Positions 10,818 through 19,962 of a stretch of 50,384 bases of DNA are shown piece by piece (within the stretch, counting starts at the first letter, position 1; the number at the start of each line of letters is the position of its first letter). A program made the position numbers and the translations under genes. Below the pieces are notes generated by a model. That model saw nothing but the letters and a program-made list of their open reading frames with translations. It made no database searches and was not told where the DNA came from. This stretch comes from Sodaliphilus sp. (GTDB lineage Bacteria; Bacteroidota; Bacteroidia; Bacteroidales; Muribaculaceae), in assembly GCA_051871435.1 (NCBI GenBank), contig JBJECV010000002.1:1-50384 (forward strand), read 5' to 3'.

Positions 10818-11078
10818 ACTTGCAAAATTACGGAAAAATTTTAAATCAGAGATGATATGAGGTAGTTAGAGATTAGATATTATTTAATTTGCCTTATTAG
10901 GCTTGCAAATTTTGCGCACCACACGCGTTATTTGCACAAACGCTATCAATTTAAAGTGAAAACTAAGGTGTTTCAAGTGTTTCATATTTTTGGGGGTGGA
11001 TTCTTGTGTGGGTGAATTTTTTTGGCTTTGAATTTAAAATTGAATGGTGAAATATTTTTATAATTGCAAAAGAATTAG

Positions 11079-11086
11079 TAATTTTG
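11079..11086 (+). promoter_or_regulatory. Bacteroidetes -7 promoter box for rpmE2
   Basis: TAATTTTG matches TAnnTTTG, about 70 bp upstream of the ATG. Equivalent boxes occur on + at 8776, 11540, 32699, 34171, 35098 and 46449, and on - at 2617, 10823, 21697, 23219, 25791, 32605, 34110, 39943 and 46213. Confidence 0.65.
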
Positions 11087-11157
11087 CAAGCCATTACGAT
11101 TTTACGGCGTTTACCACCGCCAATAAATTTTGTCAAATTTAAAAGAAAGATATAAAA

Positions 11158-11412
11158 ATGAAAAAAGGTATTCATCCAGACAATTACCGCGAAGTGGTTT
11201 TCAAGGATATGTCGAACGACGAGACATTCATCACTCGCTCTACCGTAAACTCTAAGGAGACAATTGAAATTGATGGCGTAACTTACCCATTGGTTAAGCT
11301 TGAAATCACCAGCTCATCTCACCCCTTCTTCACCGGCAAGCAGAAACTTGTGGACACTGCCGGTCGTGTGGATAAGTTCATGAGCCGTTACGGCAATCGT
11401 AAGAAAAAATAA
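11158..11412 (+). CDS. rpmE2: 50S ribosomal protein L31, type B
   Basis: [17 protein letters not shown]...[23 protein letters not shown]; 84 aa with no Zn-binding cysteines. Confidence 0.97.
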   Translation: MKKGIHPDNYREVVFKDMSNDETFITRSTVNSKETIEIDGVTYPLVKLEITSSSHPFFTGKQKLVDTAGRVDKFMSRYGNRKKK

Positions 11413-11447
11413 TGCCTTTGCATTAGCGCATTTTATCAAAAGAATAG

Positions 11448-11480
11448 GGCTGCAGCCGTGAAGATGGTTGCAGCCTTTTT
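11448..11480 (+). terminator. Intrinsic terminator after rpmE2
   Basis: GGCTGCAGCCGT-GAAG-ATGGTTGCAGCC stem followed by TTTTT. Confidence 0.85.
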
Positions 11481-11577
11481 CGTACAAAATAAGTAAGAAA
11501 TTTGCGATTGAATTGATTTTGAATTTCGTCGAAAGTTTGTAATTTTGCAACACATTAATATATATGTGTGTGAAGAG

Positions 11578-12480
11578 ATGATGAAGCAACTTTTAGTGAT
11601 AGTGAATCCGAAATCCGGCACCGGCAATCAGCAAGATTTGCCTCTTTTGATAGATGAGGTGATCGATAAATCCCGATTCTCAGTGGATATGCGCACTGTG
11701 GAAGCCGAAGGCGATGCTTATCGCTTTGGCAGAGAAGCCGTGGAAAAGGGCTACTATGGCTTGGTGGCTGTGGGGGGCGATGGCACGGTGAATGGTGCCG
11801 CAGCTGCAGTGGTGGATTCGGATGTGGCGCTTGCTGTGGTGCCTTGCGGCTCGGGCAATGGCTTGGGGCGTCATCTCAACATACCTATGAATGTGCGCAA
11901 GGCGCTTGAGGTGATTAATCAGGATAGGGTGGAGGACTTCGATTATTGCACGGTGAACGAGCGTCCGTTTATGTGCACGTGTGGTATGGGCTTTGATGCG
12001 CAGGTGGCTTACGATTTTTCGCAAGCCGGCAAGCGTGGCTTCATCACCTATTTGCAAAAAACCTTTTCCGTGTATGCCCACTATCAATGCGACGATTATG
12101 TGATACACCTCGATGGCAATCGCCTCGATGAGAAGGCGTTTGTGATTGCTTTGTGTAATGCAGCACAATATGGCAATAATTCATTTATCGCTCCCCATGC
12201 CAGTATGCAAGACGGTATGATAGATATGACCGTGATATCGCCGTTTAAATTTTATGATGCCCCGTTTGTGGGTTTGAGTTTGTTTTTTAAGAATATAGAT
12301 AAAAATCGCCATGTGGCGATTTATCGTGCCAAAGAAATTATTATCGAGCGAAAGCATCACGGTCCGATGCACATCGACGGCGACCCCGTGGAGATGCCCA
12401 ATCGGTTGGTGATTCAATGTCATCAACATGGAATCCGTATCTTTAGTCCTGGGCTCGGCGAAAATAATGTGCCACAGTAA
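11578..12480 (+). CDS. Diacylglycerol/lipid kinase, YegS/Rv2252/BmrU family
   Basis: IVNPKSG, VGGDGTVN, PCGSGNGLGR, HIDGDP; ATG 11578 is downstream of the TAATTTTG box at 11540. Confidence 0.93.
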   Translation: MMKQLLVIVNPKSGTGNQQDLPLLIDEVIDKSRFSVDMRTVEAEGDAYRFGREAVEKGYYGLVAVGGDGTVNGAAAAVVDSDVALAVVPCGSGNGLGRHLNIPMNVRKALEVINQDRVEDFDYCTVNERPFMCTCGMGFDAQVAYDFSQAGKRGFITYLQKTFSVYAHYQCDDYVIHLDGNRLDEKAFVIALCNAAQYGNNSFIAPHASMQDGMIDMTVISPFKFYDAPFVGLSLFFKNIDKNRHVAIYRAKEIIIERKHHGPMHIDGDPVEMPNRLVIQCHQHGIRIFSPGLGENNVPQ

Positions 12481-12518
12481 GCCACGCCGCTTTATGATTC
12501 TAATCCCTGATATCATCT

Positions 12519-12563
12519 TGCCGTATTGGGCTTGACCTTACCCCACCACACACCTTATCTTTG
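12519..12563 (+). promoter_or_regulatory. Dispersed promoter-like motif, copy 1
   Basis: TGCCGTATTGGG-CTTGAC...TATCTTTG; the same motif and spacing occur at 23512-23555 (-) and 50256-50300 (+). Confidence 0.55.
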
Positions 12564-12591
12564 CAAAGTTTTCGGGCCAACGAGTGACACA

Positions 12592-12754
12592 GTGTTTCAG
12601 GTGTTTCAGGTGTTTCAGGTGTTTCAGGTGTTTCAGGTGTTTCACGCAAGGAGAACACCTCTAACCAAGTGCGAAGCACGACTAACCAAGCGAGCTCGCG
12701 AGCGGCTAACCAAGTGCGAAGCACGACTAACCTTCAAATTGGTGTTTCACGTGT
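12592..12754 (+). repeat. Dispersed intergenic repeat, copy 1: (GTGTTTCAG)x6 plus a CTAACC-spaced hairpin array
   Basis: Six tandem 9-mers (12592-12645; the last ends CAC), then CTAACCAAG-TGCGAAGCA-CGA / CTAACCAAG-CGAGCTCGCGAGCGG / CTAACCAAG-TGCGAAGCA-CGA / CTAACC; near-identical inverted copy at 23320-23472. Confidence 0.92.
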
Positions 12755-12811
12755 AGTGTATGAGCCTCGGAGGTTTGGTTGTGGTGGTTTAAAGCAATAT
12801 ACATAATCATA

Positions 12812-12833
12812 CCCCATTTTTTTCTACTTAGCC
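12812..12833 (-). mobile_element. Solitary terminal-inverted-repeat-like sequence of the MITE family
   Basis: The reverse complement GGCTAAGTAGAAAAAAATGGGG resembles the TIR GGCTCAGTAGAAAAACAGTGGG at 23626. Confidence 0.55.
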
Positions 12834-12967
12834 GAAAATAAAAAAATGCCAATTTTGGAAATATTTGCTTCATTTTAATTTGTGTGTGCGAAAAAAAATA
12901 TGTAAATTCGTAACGAAGAAAAAACCAAATTTTATAAACTAAATATCAACCCATAATACCACTTATC

Positions 12968-14914
12968 ATGAGTTATTTAAAATTTGATAAGAACCTGATG
13001 ATTAATCTCGAGCAGTCGCTCCCTCGCGAGATACTGCGCACTAATCAGTCGGGAGCATATCACTGCACTACTATTGTGGGGGCCAACACGAGGAAGCAAC
13101 ATGGACTTTTGGTGATTCCCATTCCGGAAATCGACGATAATAGCCACGTGTTGCTTTCGTCGCTCGACGAAACGGTGATTCAGCATGGAGCACCGTTCAA
13201 TCTTGGCTTGCATAAGTATGCAGGTGGTGTGTTCAGTCCTAACGGGCATAAGTACATCCGCGAGTATGATTGCGAACGTGTTCCCACTCACACCTTCCGT
13301 GTGGGTGGCGTGATTTTAAAGCGTGAAAAGATTTTTATTACTAATGAAAATCGCATTCTTATTCGCTACACTTTGGTGGATGCTCACTCCAAAACCACTC
13401 TCCAATTCCGCCCATTCTTGGCTTTCCGCAATGCCAACGACCTGTGCATTGAAAACCAGGTGGCGAGCAGAGAATATCAAGAAGTGAGCAATGGCATTTC
13501 CACCTGCATGTATGAAGGCTATCCCACGCTGTTTATGCAAGTGAGCAAAAAGCCGAAATTCGTGTTCGACCCACATTGGTATAAGGGAATTGAATATGTG
13601 AAAGACCAAGAGCGCGGCATTCCTTACACCGAAGACCTATATGTGCCGGGCTACTTTGAATTGGATGTAAAGAAGGGCGAGTCGATTATCTTCTCTGCCG
13701 GCGTAAGCGAAGTGGATACCAAGAAATTGGATGCCATGTATGAAGACGAAATCAAGACCCGAACTCCTCGCACCAGTTTCTACAATTGCTTGAAAAATAG
13801 TGCCAAGCAATTCTATGTAACCAATGCCGACGGCCACTATATACTTGCCGGCTATCCCTGGTTTAAGCTCCGTGCACGAGATGAATTTATAGCACTGCCC
13901 GGCTGCACGCTCTCGAATCACCATCGTCCCGATTTTGAAAAAATTATGGACACTGCGGCTGAAGCCTTCACCACTTGGATGAAAACCGGTGAGCCCGACA
14001 AGCATTTGCAAGGCATCGACCTACCGGACGTGCCACTGTGGGCAATTTGGGCCATTCAGCGCTATTCGCACGACACCGATGTGCCCACGGCACGCAAGCG
14101 CTACGGCAAACTGGTGGCTGCACTCATCGACTTTATTATCGATGGCAAGCACCCCAACTTAAAAGTAGACGACAACGGATTGGTTGCCACCGACGGTACC
14201 AAGCTGCCGATGTCGTGGATGGATGCAGCTCGAACCGATGGCACGCCGCTCATTCCTCGCACCGGCTATTTGGTGGAATTTAATGCGCTTTGGTATAATG
14301 CGCTGATGTTCCTTATTCAAATGTATGCCGACGATAAGAAAATGGTGAAAAAGGTGGAGCGCTGGACCAAACTTTCGGAAGCCTACGCCGCATCGTTTGC
14401 ACCCACTTTCCTCAATGATTACGGCTATCTCTACGATTATGTGAATGGCTCTTACACCGATTTGAGTGTGCGCCCCAATATGGTGGTGGCTGTGGGGGTG
14501 GATCACACTCCGCTCGACCGTCGTCAGCGCAAACGCATTCTCGATATTATCACTCGCGAACTGCTCACCCCGAAAGGCCTCCGTACCTTGAGCCCCAATA
14601 GCTATGGCTATAATCCCTGGTATGTGGGCAATCCCGAGCAACGCGAAATGGCATACTTCTCCGGCTCGGCACGTCCGTGGCTGATGGGCTTCTACTGCCA
14701 TGCCTACGTGAAAGTGTTTGGCATAGGTGGATTATCGTTTGTGAACAGAATGATGATAGGATTTGAAGACGAAATGTCGCAAGGTGGCATTGGCACACTT
14801 TCTGAACTTTACGACGGCAATCCCCCCTTCATCGGACGCGGTGCGGTGAGTTATGCTGCAAATGTGGGCGAAATCCTCCGCGTGTTGCGATTGTTGAAAA
14901 ATCTTGATGTTTAA
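12968..14914 (+). CDS. Glycogen debranching enzyme (amylo-alpha-1,6-glucosidase family)
   Basis: N-terminal NTRKQHGLL; ILAGYPWF, EFNALWYNAL, RPN, GLRTLSP and SELYDG motifs. Confidence 0.92.
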   Translation: MSYLKFDKNLMINLEQSLPREILRTNQSGAYHCTTIVGANTRKQHGLLVIPIPEIDDNSHVLLSSLDETVIQHGAPFNLGLHKYAGGVFSPNGHKYIREYDCERVPTHTFRVGGVILKREKIFITNENRILIRYTLVDAHSKTTLQFRPFLAFRNANDLCIENQVASREYQEVSNGISTCMYEGYPTLFMQVSKKPKFVFDPHWYKGIEYVKDQERGIPYTEDLYVPGYFELDVKKGESIIFSAGVSEVDTKKLDAMYEDEIKTRTPRTSFYNCLKNSAKQFYVTNADGHYILAGYPWFKLRARDEFIALPGCTLSNHHRPDFEKIMDTAAEAFTTWMKTGEPDKHLQGIDLPDVPLWAIWAIQRYSHDTDVPTARKRYGKLVAALIDFIIDGKHPNLKVDDNGLVATDGTKLPMSWMDAARTDGTPLIPRTGYLVEFNALWYNALMFLIQMYADDKKMVKKVERWTKLSEAYAASFAPTFLNDYGYLYDYVNGSYTDLSVRPNMVVAVGVDHTPLDRRQRKRILDIITRELLTPKGLRTLSPNSYGYNPWYVGNPEQREMAYFSGSARPWLMGFYCHAYVKVFGIGGLSFVNRMMIGFEDEMSQGGIGTLSELYDGNPPFIGRGAVSYAANVGEILRVLRLLKNLDV

Positions 14915-14938
14915 CCGTAAATTGAAAAACCCTACGAT

Positions 14939-16198
14939 ATGAAAGCATTAATGTTTGGTTGGGAATTCCCCCCTCACATTCTTGGAGGTCTTGGAACCGC
15001 AAGTTACGGTCTCACCAAAGGTATGTATGATTGCGGCGATATGGATATCACCTTCGTGATACCCAAGCCTTGGGGCGATGAAGAGAAGGGATTTGCACAC
15101 ATTATCGGTGCCAACACCACCCCCATTGCTTGGCGCGACGTGAATGCCGACTATGTGCAAAGCCGCATCGGCCATGTGATGAGTCCGCAACTCTATTTTG
15201 ATTTGAGAAATCACATTTATAGTGATTTCAACTACATGAACACCAACGATTTGGGATGTATAGAATTTTCAGGTCGTTATCCGGAGAATTTGGTTGAGGA
15301 AATCAACAACTATTCGATAGTGGCGGGTGTGATTGCGCGCACTGTTCCTTGCGATGTGATTCACTCTCACGACTGGCTTACCTATCCGGCTGGCATCCAT
15401 GCCAAGCAAGTGACGGGCAAACCGCTCGTGATACACGTGCATGCCACCGACTTCGACCGCAGCCGCGGCAATGTGAACCCCACTGTGTTCAACATTGAGA
15501 AAGATGGTATGAACAACGCCGACCACATTATCACCGTGAGCAATCTCACACGGCGCACCGTGATTGAAAAATACGGTATTTCGCCCGATAAGGTGACCAC
15601 CGTGCATAATGCAGTGGAGCCCTTGAGCCAAGAATTGCTCAATGTGGAAGTGCCACCCAAGCACGACAAGGTGGTTACCTTCTTGGGCCGCATCACCATG
15701 CAGAAGGGTCCCGAATACTTTGTGGAAGCTGCTGCACAAGTGCTGAGCAAAGTCCGAGGTGTGCAATTTGTAATGGCTGGCGGCGGCGATATGATGGAGA
15801 AAATGATACGATTGGCAGCGCGTCGTGGCATTAGCGACAGATTCCACTTTGCCGGCTTCCTTCGCGGCAAAGAGGTGTATGAAATGCTCAAAGCCAGCGA
15901 TGTGTATATCATGCCATCGGTAAGTGAGCCTTTCGGCATCTCTCCCCTCGAAGCTATGCAAATGGGTGTGCCGTCGATTATCTCTAAGCAGAGCGGTTGC
16001 GCCGAGATTTTGAACAATGTGATTAAGGTTGACTATTGGGACACCAATGCCATAGCCGACGCCATTTATTCCATCATCAAGTATCCTGCCATGTACAAAG
16101 AATTGCGCGAGAAAGGACTTGAAGAGGTGAATCAAATTGTGTGGAAAAATGCCGGTGCAAAGGTAATCAACATCTACAAGAACCTCATTTACAGATAA
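14939..16198 (+). CDS. Glycosyltransferase family 4 (putative alpha-glucan synthase)
   Basis: GWEFPPHILGGLG, HSHDWLT, LGRITMQKG and SEPFGISPLEAM (EX7E). Confidence 0.93.
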   Translation: MKALMFGWEFPPHILGGLGTASYGLTKGMYDCGDMDITFVIPKPWGDEEKGFAHIIGANTTPIAWRDVNADYVQSRIGHVMSPQLYFDLRNHIYSDFNYMNTNDLGCIEFSGRYPENLVEEINNYSIVAGVIARTVPCDVIHSHDWLTYPAGIHAKQVTGKPLVIHVHATDFDRSRGNVNPTVFNIEKDGMNNADHIITVSNLTRRTVIEKYGISPDKVTTVHNAVEPLSQELLNVEVPPKHDKVVTFLGRITMQKGPEYFVEAAAQVLSKVRGVQFVMAGGGDMMEKMIRLAARRGISDRFHFAGFLRGKEVYEMLKASDVYIMPSVSEPFGISPLEAMQMGVPSIISKQSGCAEILNNVIKVDYWDTNAIADAIYSIIKYPAMYKELREKGLEEVNQIVWKNAGAKVINIYKNLIYR

Positions 16199-16245
16199 CA
16201 ATTACTCATTTAATTATCAGCAAACATTATAAAATATATAAAGCA

Positions 16246-17637
16246 ATGAAGGCAATTTGTTTTTATTTTCAAATACATCAGCCATTTCGCTTGAAGAATT
16301 ACCGATTCTTTGATATTGGTAACGACCATTACTATTACGATGATTTTGCCAACGATGAAATCATTACCCGCATTGCTCAGCGTTCGTATTTGCCGGCTAA
16401 TGCAATGTTGCTTGAAATGATTAAGCAGTATGGCAAAAAATTTAAAGTGGCTTTCTCCATTAGCGGTACGGCTTTGGAACAACTCGAAGTGTATGTGCCT
16501 GAGTTTATCGAGTCGATGAAGGAATTGGCGGATACCGGATGCGTGGAATTTTTGAGCGAAACCTACGCCCATTCGCTTTCTTCACTGGAAGACCCGGAGG
16601 AATTTGTGGCTCAGGTGAAAGACCACGACAAGAAGATTTATCAGCTGTTTGGTCAGCATCCTAAGGTGTTCCGCAACACTGAGTTGATCTACGACGACGA
16701 CATCTCTGCCATGGTGCAATCTATGGGATTTAAGGGCGCTATCACCGAAGGAGCAAAGCATATTTTGGGTTGGAAATCGCCTAACTATGTGTATGCTTCG
16801 CCTGTGGCTCCAAAACTCAAACTGCTGCTGAAGAATTCAAAGCTCAGCGACGATATTTCGTTCCGCTTCAGCAATCCCCAATGGGCATCTTATCCGCTCA
16901 CAGCCGATAAGTATATCGATTGGATTGCAGCATTGCCCGAAGAAGAACAGTTGGTCAACCTATTTATGAACTACGAAACTTTCGGCGAAATGCAACCTCG
17001 CGAAAGCGGTATTTTTGAATTTATGAAGGCGCTGCCACGCTTTGCCGCCGAACGCGGAATTGAATTCCTCACTCCAAGCGAAGTGATAGCGAAAATGAAA
17101 CCGGTGGGCGAAATGCCGGTGGCATATCCTATATCTTGGGCTGATGAGGCTCGCGACACCAGCGCATGGCTGGGCAACACACTCCAACAAGAGGCCGTGA
17201 AAAAGCTCTATTCCATTGGCGAACGCGTGCGCCTTTGCCAAGACCGCCGCATTAAGCAAGATTGGTACTATCTGCAAGCCAGCGACCATTTCTTCTATAT
17301 GTGCACTAAGCACAATGAAGATGGCAATGTGCACTCCCACTATAGCCCCTACGATTCGCCTTACACTGCATTCACCAATTATATGAATGTGCTGAGCGAC
17401 TTTATGATTCGTGTGGAAGAGCAATACCCGGAATCAATTGATAATGAGGAACTGAATGCGCTGTTGCTCACTATTCGTAATCAGTCGAACGAAATCAGCC
17501 AGCTGAATCGTGAGGTGGAAATGCTTCGCAACAACATTGTGAAGGACACCACGGGCGATTTCCCTGTAGACGAGCCGATGGAAGAAAAAAAGAAACCCGC
17601 TAAAAAGGCTACCACCAAAAAAACTGCAAAGAAATAA
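16246..17637 (+). CDS. Glycoside hydrolase family 57 (alpha-amylase-like)
   Basis: YFQIHQP, SETYAHS, FRNTEL, NYETFGE and QASDHFFYM conserved regions; start set at ATG 16246. Confidence 0.93.
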   Translation: MKAICFYFQIHQPFRLKNYRFFDIGNDHYYYDDFANDEIITRIAQRSYLPANAMLLEMIKQYGKKFKVAFSISGTALEQLEVYVPEFIESMKELADTGCVEFLSETYAHSLSSLEDPEEFVAQVKDHDKKIYQLFGQHPKVFRNTELIYDDDISAMVQSMGFKGAITEGAKHILGWKSPNYVYASPVAPKLKLLLKNSKLSDDISFRFSNPQWASYPLTADKYIDWIAALPEEEQLVNLFMNYETFGEMQPRESGIFEFMKALPRFAAERGIEFLTPSEVIAKMKPVGEMPVAYPISWADEARDTSAWLGNTLQQEAVKKLYSIGERVRLCQDRRIKQDWYYLQASDHFFYMCTKHNEDGNVHSHYSPYDSPYTAFTNYMNVLSDFMIRVEEQYPESIDNEELNALLLTIRNQSNEISQLNREVEMLRNNIVKDTTGDFPVDEPMEEKKKPAKKATTKKTAKK

Positions 17638-17659
17638 GCCTTTTTGTAGCAATAAGATT

Positions 17660-17697
17660 AATTTGAGGGCGAACCGATTCGCCCTCAAATTTTTTTG
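17660..17697 (+). terminator. Intrinsic terminator of the glucan operon
   Basis: AATTTGAGGGCGAA-CCGA-TTCGCCCTCAAATT followed by a T tract. Confidence 0.88.
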
Positions 17698-17758
17698 AGA
17701 AAAGTGGTAGCTTTTCAAAAAAATGGGTAACTTCGCATAAAAATTGACATTTTTAGAT

Positions 17759-19870
17759 ATGATGAAACGCTTATTTTTAATTTTATTGATGGCGAATGTG
17801 ATTTCGCAATATGCTATGGCACAAACTCCTATCAAGTATCCCGCCACGAGAACCGTGGACCAAGTGGATGAGTATTTCGGCGTGAAGGTGGCTGACCCTT
17901 ACCGCTGGCTCGAAGACGATAATGCCGCCGAAACTGAGCAATGGGTGAAGGCGCAAAATGAAGTGACTCAAGCCTATATCTCAAAAATTCCATTCCGCAA
18001 TGCGCTGAAAGAAAGGATGATGGCACTGCAAAATTATGAAAAGTGCGGTATTCCGTTCAAGCACCACGGCAAATATTTCTTCTACAAAAACGATGGACTG
18101 CAAAATCAGAGCGTGCTCTATGAAATGGATTCGCTTACCGACACCCCGCGTGAATTGCTCGACCCGAACAAACTTTCCGAAGATGGCACAGTGGCGCTCC
18201 AATCGGTAGATTTTTCGAAAGATGGCAGGTATATGGCTTACACCATTTCGCGTAGCGGCAGCGACTGGAATGAAATATTTGTGAAAGATTTAACCACAGG
18301 TGAATTGCTCCCCGACCATATTGTGTGGGCAAAATTTACCAATGCACAGTGGCAAGGCGATGGCTTCTACTATAGCGCTTACGATGCACCCGAGCGAGAA
18401 CTTTCGAGCAAAAATGAATACCAAAAGGTGTATTATCATCGGTTGGGCACTCCGCAAGAGCGCGATGAATTGGTGTACCGCAGTTTTGAAGAGCCGCTTA
18501 TGTTTCACATGGCAGGTGTGAGCCACGATGAGCGCTTTGTGTATATGATTCAGAGTGATGGCGATGGCAATGTGCTGATGGTGAAAGACACCAAAAGCGA
18601 AAGTCCACGATTTGTGAGGCTCAATGATTCATATAAGTATAATTTTATGCCTATTGGCAACGATGACCGCTACATTTATGTGATCACGAATGAAAATGCG
18701 CCTATGGCAAAGGTACTGGCTTTTGACATCCACGATTTGGGCATTGGCAAATCCCGCGAATTTGTTCCGGAATCGGATGCGATGCTTCAATCATTGCAGC
18801 AAGTGGGCAAGCATCACTTTATTGCCACTTACGAAAAAGATGCTTCCAGCCATGCTTATTTGCTGGATGCTACCGGTAAGGTGCTCCGAGAAATACAATT
18901 GCCAGGTATCGGTTCGGCAGGATTTAGCAGCGATGAAGAGACCGACGAGGTGTTTTACAGTTTTGCAAGTTTCACCACCCCGCGAAGCATCTATTCCTAC
19001 GATTTGGCTACCGGCAAATCCACCCTTTTCCGTAAGCCTGATGTGAAATTCGATTCGCAGCGCTACGTTACTGTGCAGGTGTTTTATGAAAGCAAAGACG
19101 GCACCCGCGTGCCGATGTTTATCACCCACAAAAAAGGGATGAAACTCAATGGCAAGAATCCGGTGTTGCTTTATGGCTATGGAGGGTTTAATATCAGTGT
19201 GAATCCATCGTTTGATGTAAATCGCGTGCCTTTCCTTGAAAGTGGCGGCGTGTGGGTGGTGGCAAACATTCGCGGTGGTGCGGAATATGGCGACACATGG
19301 CACCGTGCCGGCACCAAGCTGCAAAAGCAAAACGTGTTTGATGATTTTATTGCCGCAGCTGAATATTTGATAGCCAAAAAATACACCTCGACCGACCGCC
19401 TTGCCATTATGGGCGGTTCGAACGGCGGATTGCTGGTGGGAGCTGTGGTGAATCAGCGACCCGATTTATTCCGCGTGGCTATTGCGCGAGTGGGTGTGAT
19501 GGATATGCTTCGCTATCATTTGTTTACCATTGGATGGAACTGGGCACCCGACTACGGGCGTAGCGACGACAGCCGCGAAATGTTTGAATATCTGCGCGCA
19601 TATTCGCCGTTGCATAATATCAAAAACGACGGCACACCTTATCCAGCTATTCTTGTAACCACCGGCGACCACGACGACCGCGTGGTGCCGGCTCATTCCT
19701 TCAAGTATGCTGCCGCACTTCAAGCCGCCAACACCGGCAATCAGCCCAAACTTATTCGCATTGAGAGCAAAGCGGGGCATGGTGGTGGTAAGCCTATCTC
19801 CAAAGTGATTGATGAGGCAGCCGACTATTATTCGTTTATTATGAGTAACTTAGGTATGAAATTGAAATAA
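17759..19870 (+). CDS. Prolyl oligopeptidase (peptidase S9A), exported
   Basis: Signal peptide; DPYRWLED; catalytic triad motifs GGSNGG (Ser), DHDDRV (Asp) and AGHG (His). Confidence 0.95.
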   Translation: MMKRLFLILLMANVISQYAMAQTPIKYPATRTVDQVDEYFGVKVADPYRWLEDDNAAETEQWVKAQNEVTQAYISKIPFRNALKERMMALQNYEKCGIPFKHHGKYFFYKNDGLQNQSVLYEMDSLTDTPRELLDPNKLSEDGTVALQSVDFSKDGRYMAYTISRSGSDWNEIFVKDLTTGELLPDHIVWAKFTNAQWQGDGFYYSAYDAPERELSSKNEYQKVYYHRLGTPQERDELVYRSFEEPLMFHMAGVSHDERFVYMIQSDGDGNVLMVKDTKSESPRFVRLNDSYKYNFMPIGNDDRYIYVITNENAPMAKVLAFDIHDLGIGKSREFVPESDAMLQSLQQVGKHHFIATYEKDASSHAYLLDATGKVLREIQLPGIGSAGFSSDEETDEVFYSFASFTTPRSIYSYDLATGKSTLFRKPDVKFDSQRYVTVQVFYESKDGTRVPMFITHKKGMKLNGKNPVLLYGYGGFNISVNPSFDVNRVPFLESGGVWVVANIRGGAEYGDTWHRAGTKLQKQNVFDDFIAAAEYLIAKKYTSTDRLAIMGGSNGGLLVGAVVNQRPDLFRVAIARVGVMDMLRYHLFTIGWNWAPDYGRSDDSREMFEYLRAYSPLHNIKNDGTPYPAILVTTGDHDDRVVPAHSFKYAAALQAANTGNQPKLIRIESKAGHGGGKPISKVIDEAADYYSFIMSNLGMKLK

Positions 19871-19894
19871 GATATTTCATAGATTTTAAATATG

Positions 19895-19936
19895 AAGGCT
19901 GAGTGGTGCGATAATGGCTTGCCACTCAGCCTTTTT
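19895..19936. terminator. Terminator hairpin between the convergent peptidase and ettA genes
   Basis: AAGGCTGAGTGG...CCACTCAGCCTT followed by TTT. Confidence 0.8.
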
Positions 19937-19962
19937 GATTGCCCGGGATGTGGGGCTGAAGT

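Noticed and set aside
11158-11412. Zn-free L31 as evidence of a special zinc-starvation system
   Set aside because: Type B L31 is the usual form in Bacteroidetes, and I saw no supportable Zur box.
12592-12754. Possible mini-CRISPR array (CTAACCAAG repeats with spacers)
   Set aside because: The repeats are only 6-9 bp, the spacers are 12-15 bp and themselves repeated or palindromic, and there are no cas genes.
12500-12756. ORFs with PET/FQV repeats (12500-12724 -, 12526-12756 +) and similar ORFs at 23178-23473
   Set aside because: They are translations of the 9-bp tandem and dispersed repeat, have non-ATG starts and resemble no protein family I recognise.
12452-12833. Complete MITE bounded by GGCTCGGCGAAAATAATG (inside the kinase 3' end) and the TIR at 12833
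   Set aside because: The left end matches weakly and the flanks (TAGTCCTG versus GAAAATAA) are not a duplication. The alternative GAAAATAA repeat at 12460 is not followed by a TIR. Only the right-hand TIR is reported.
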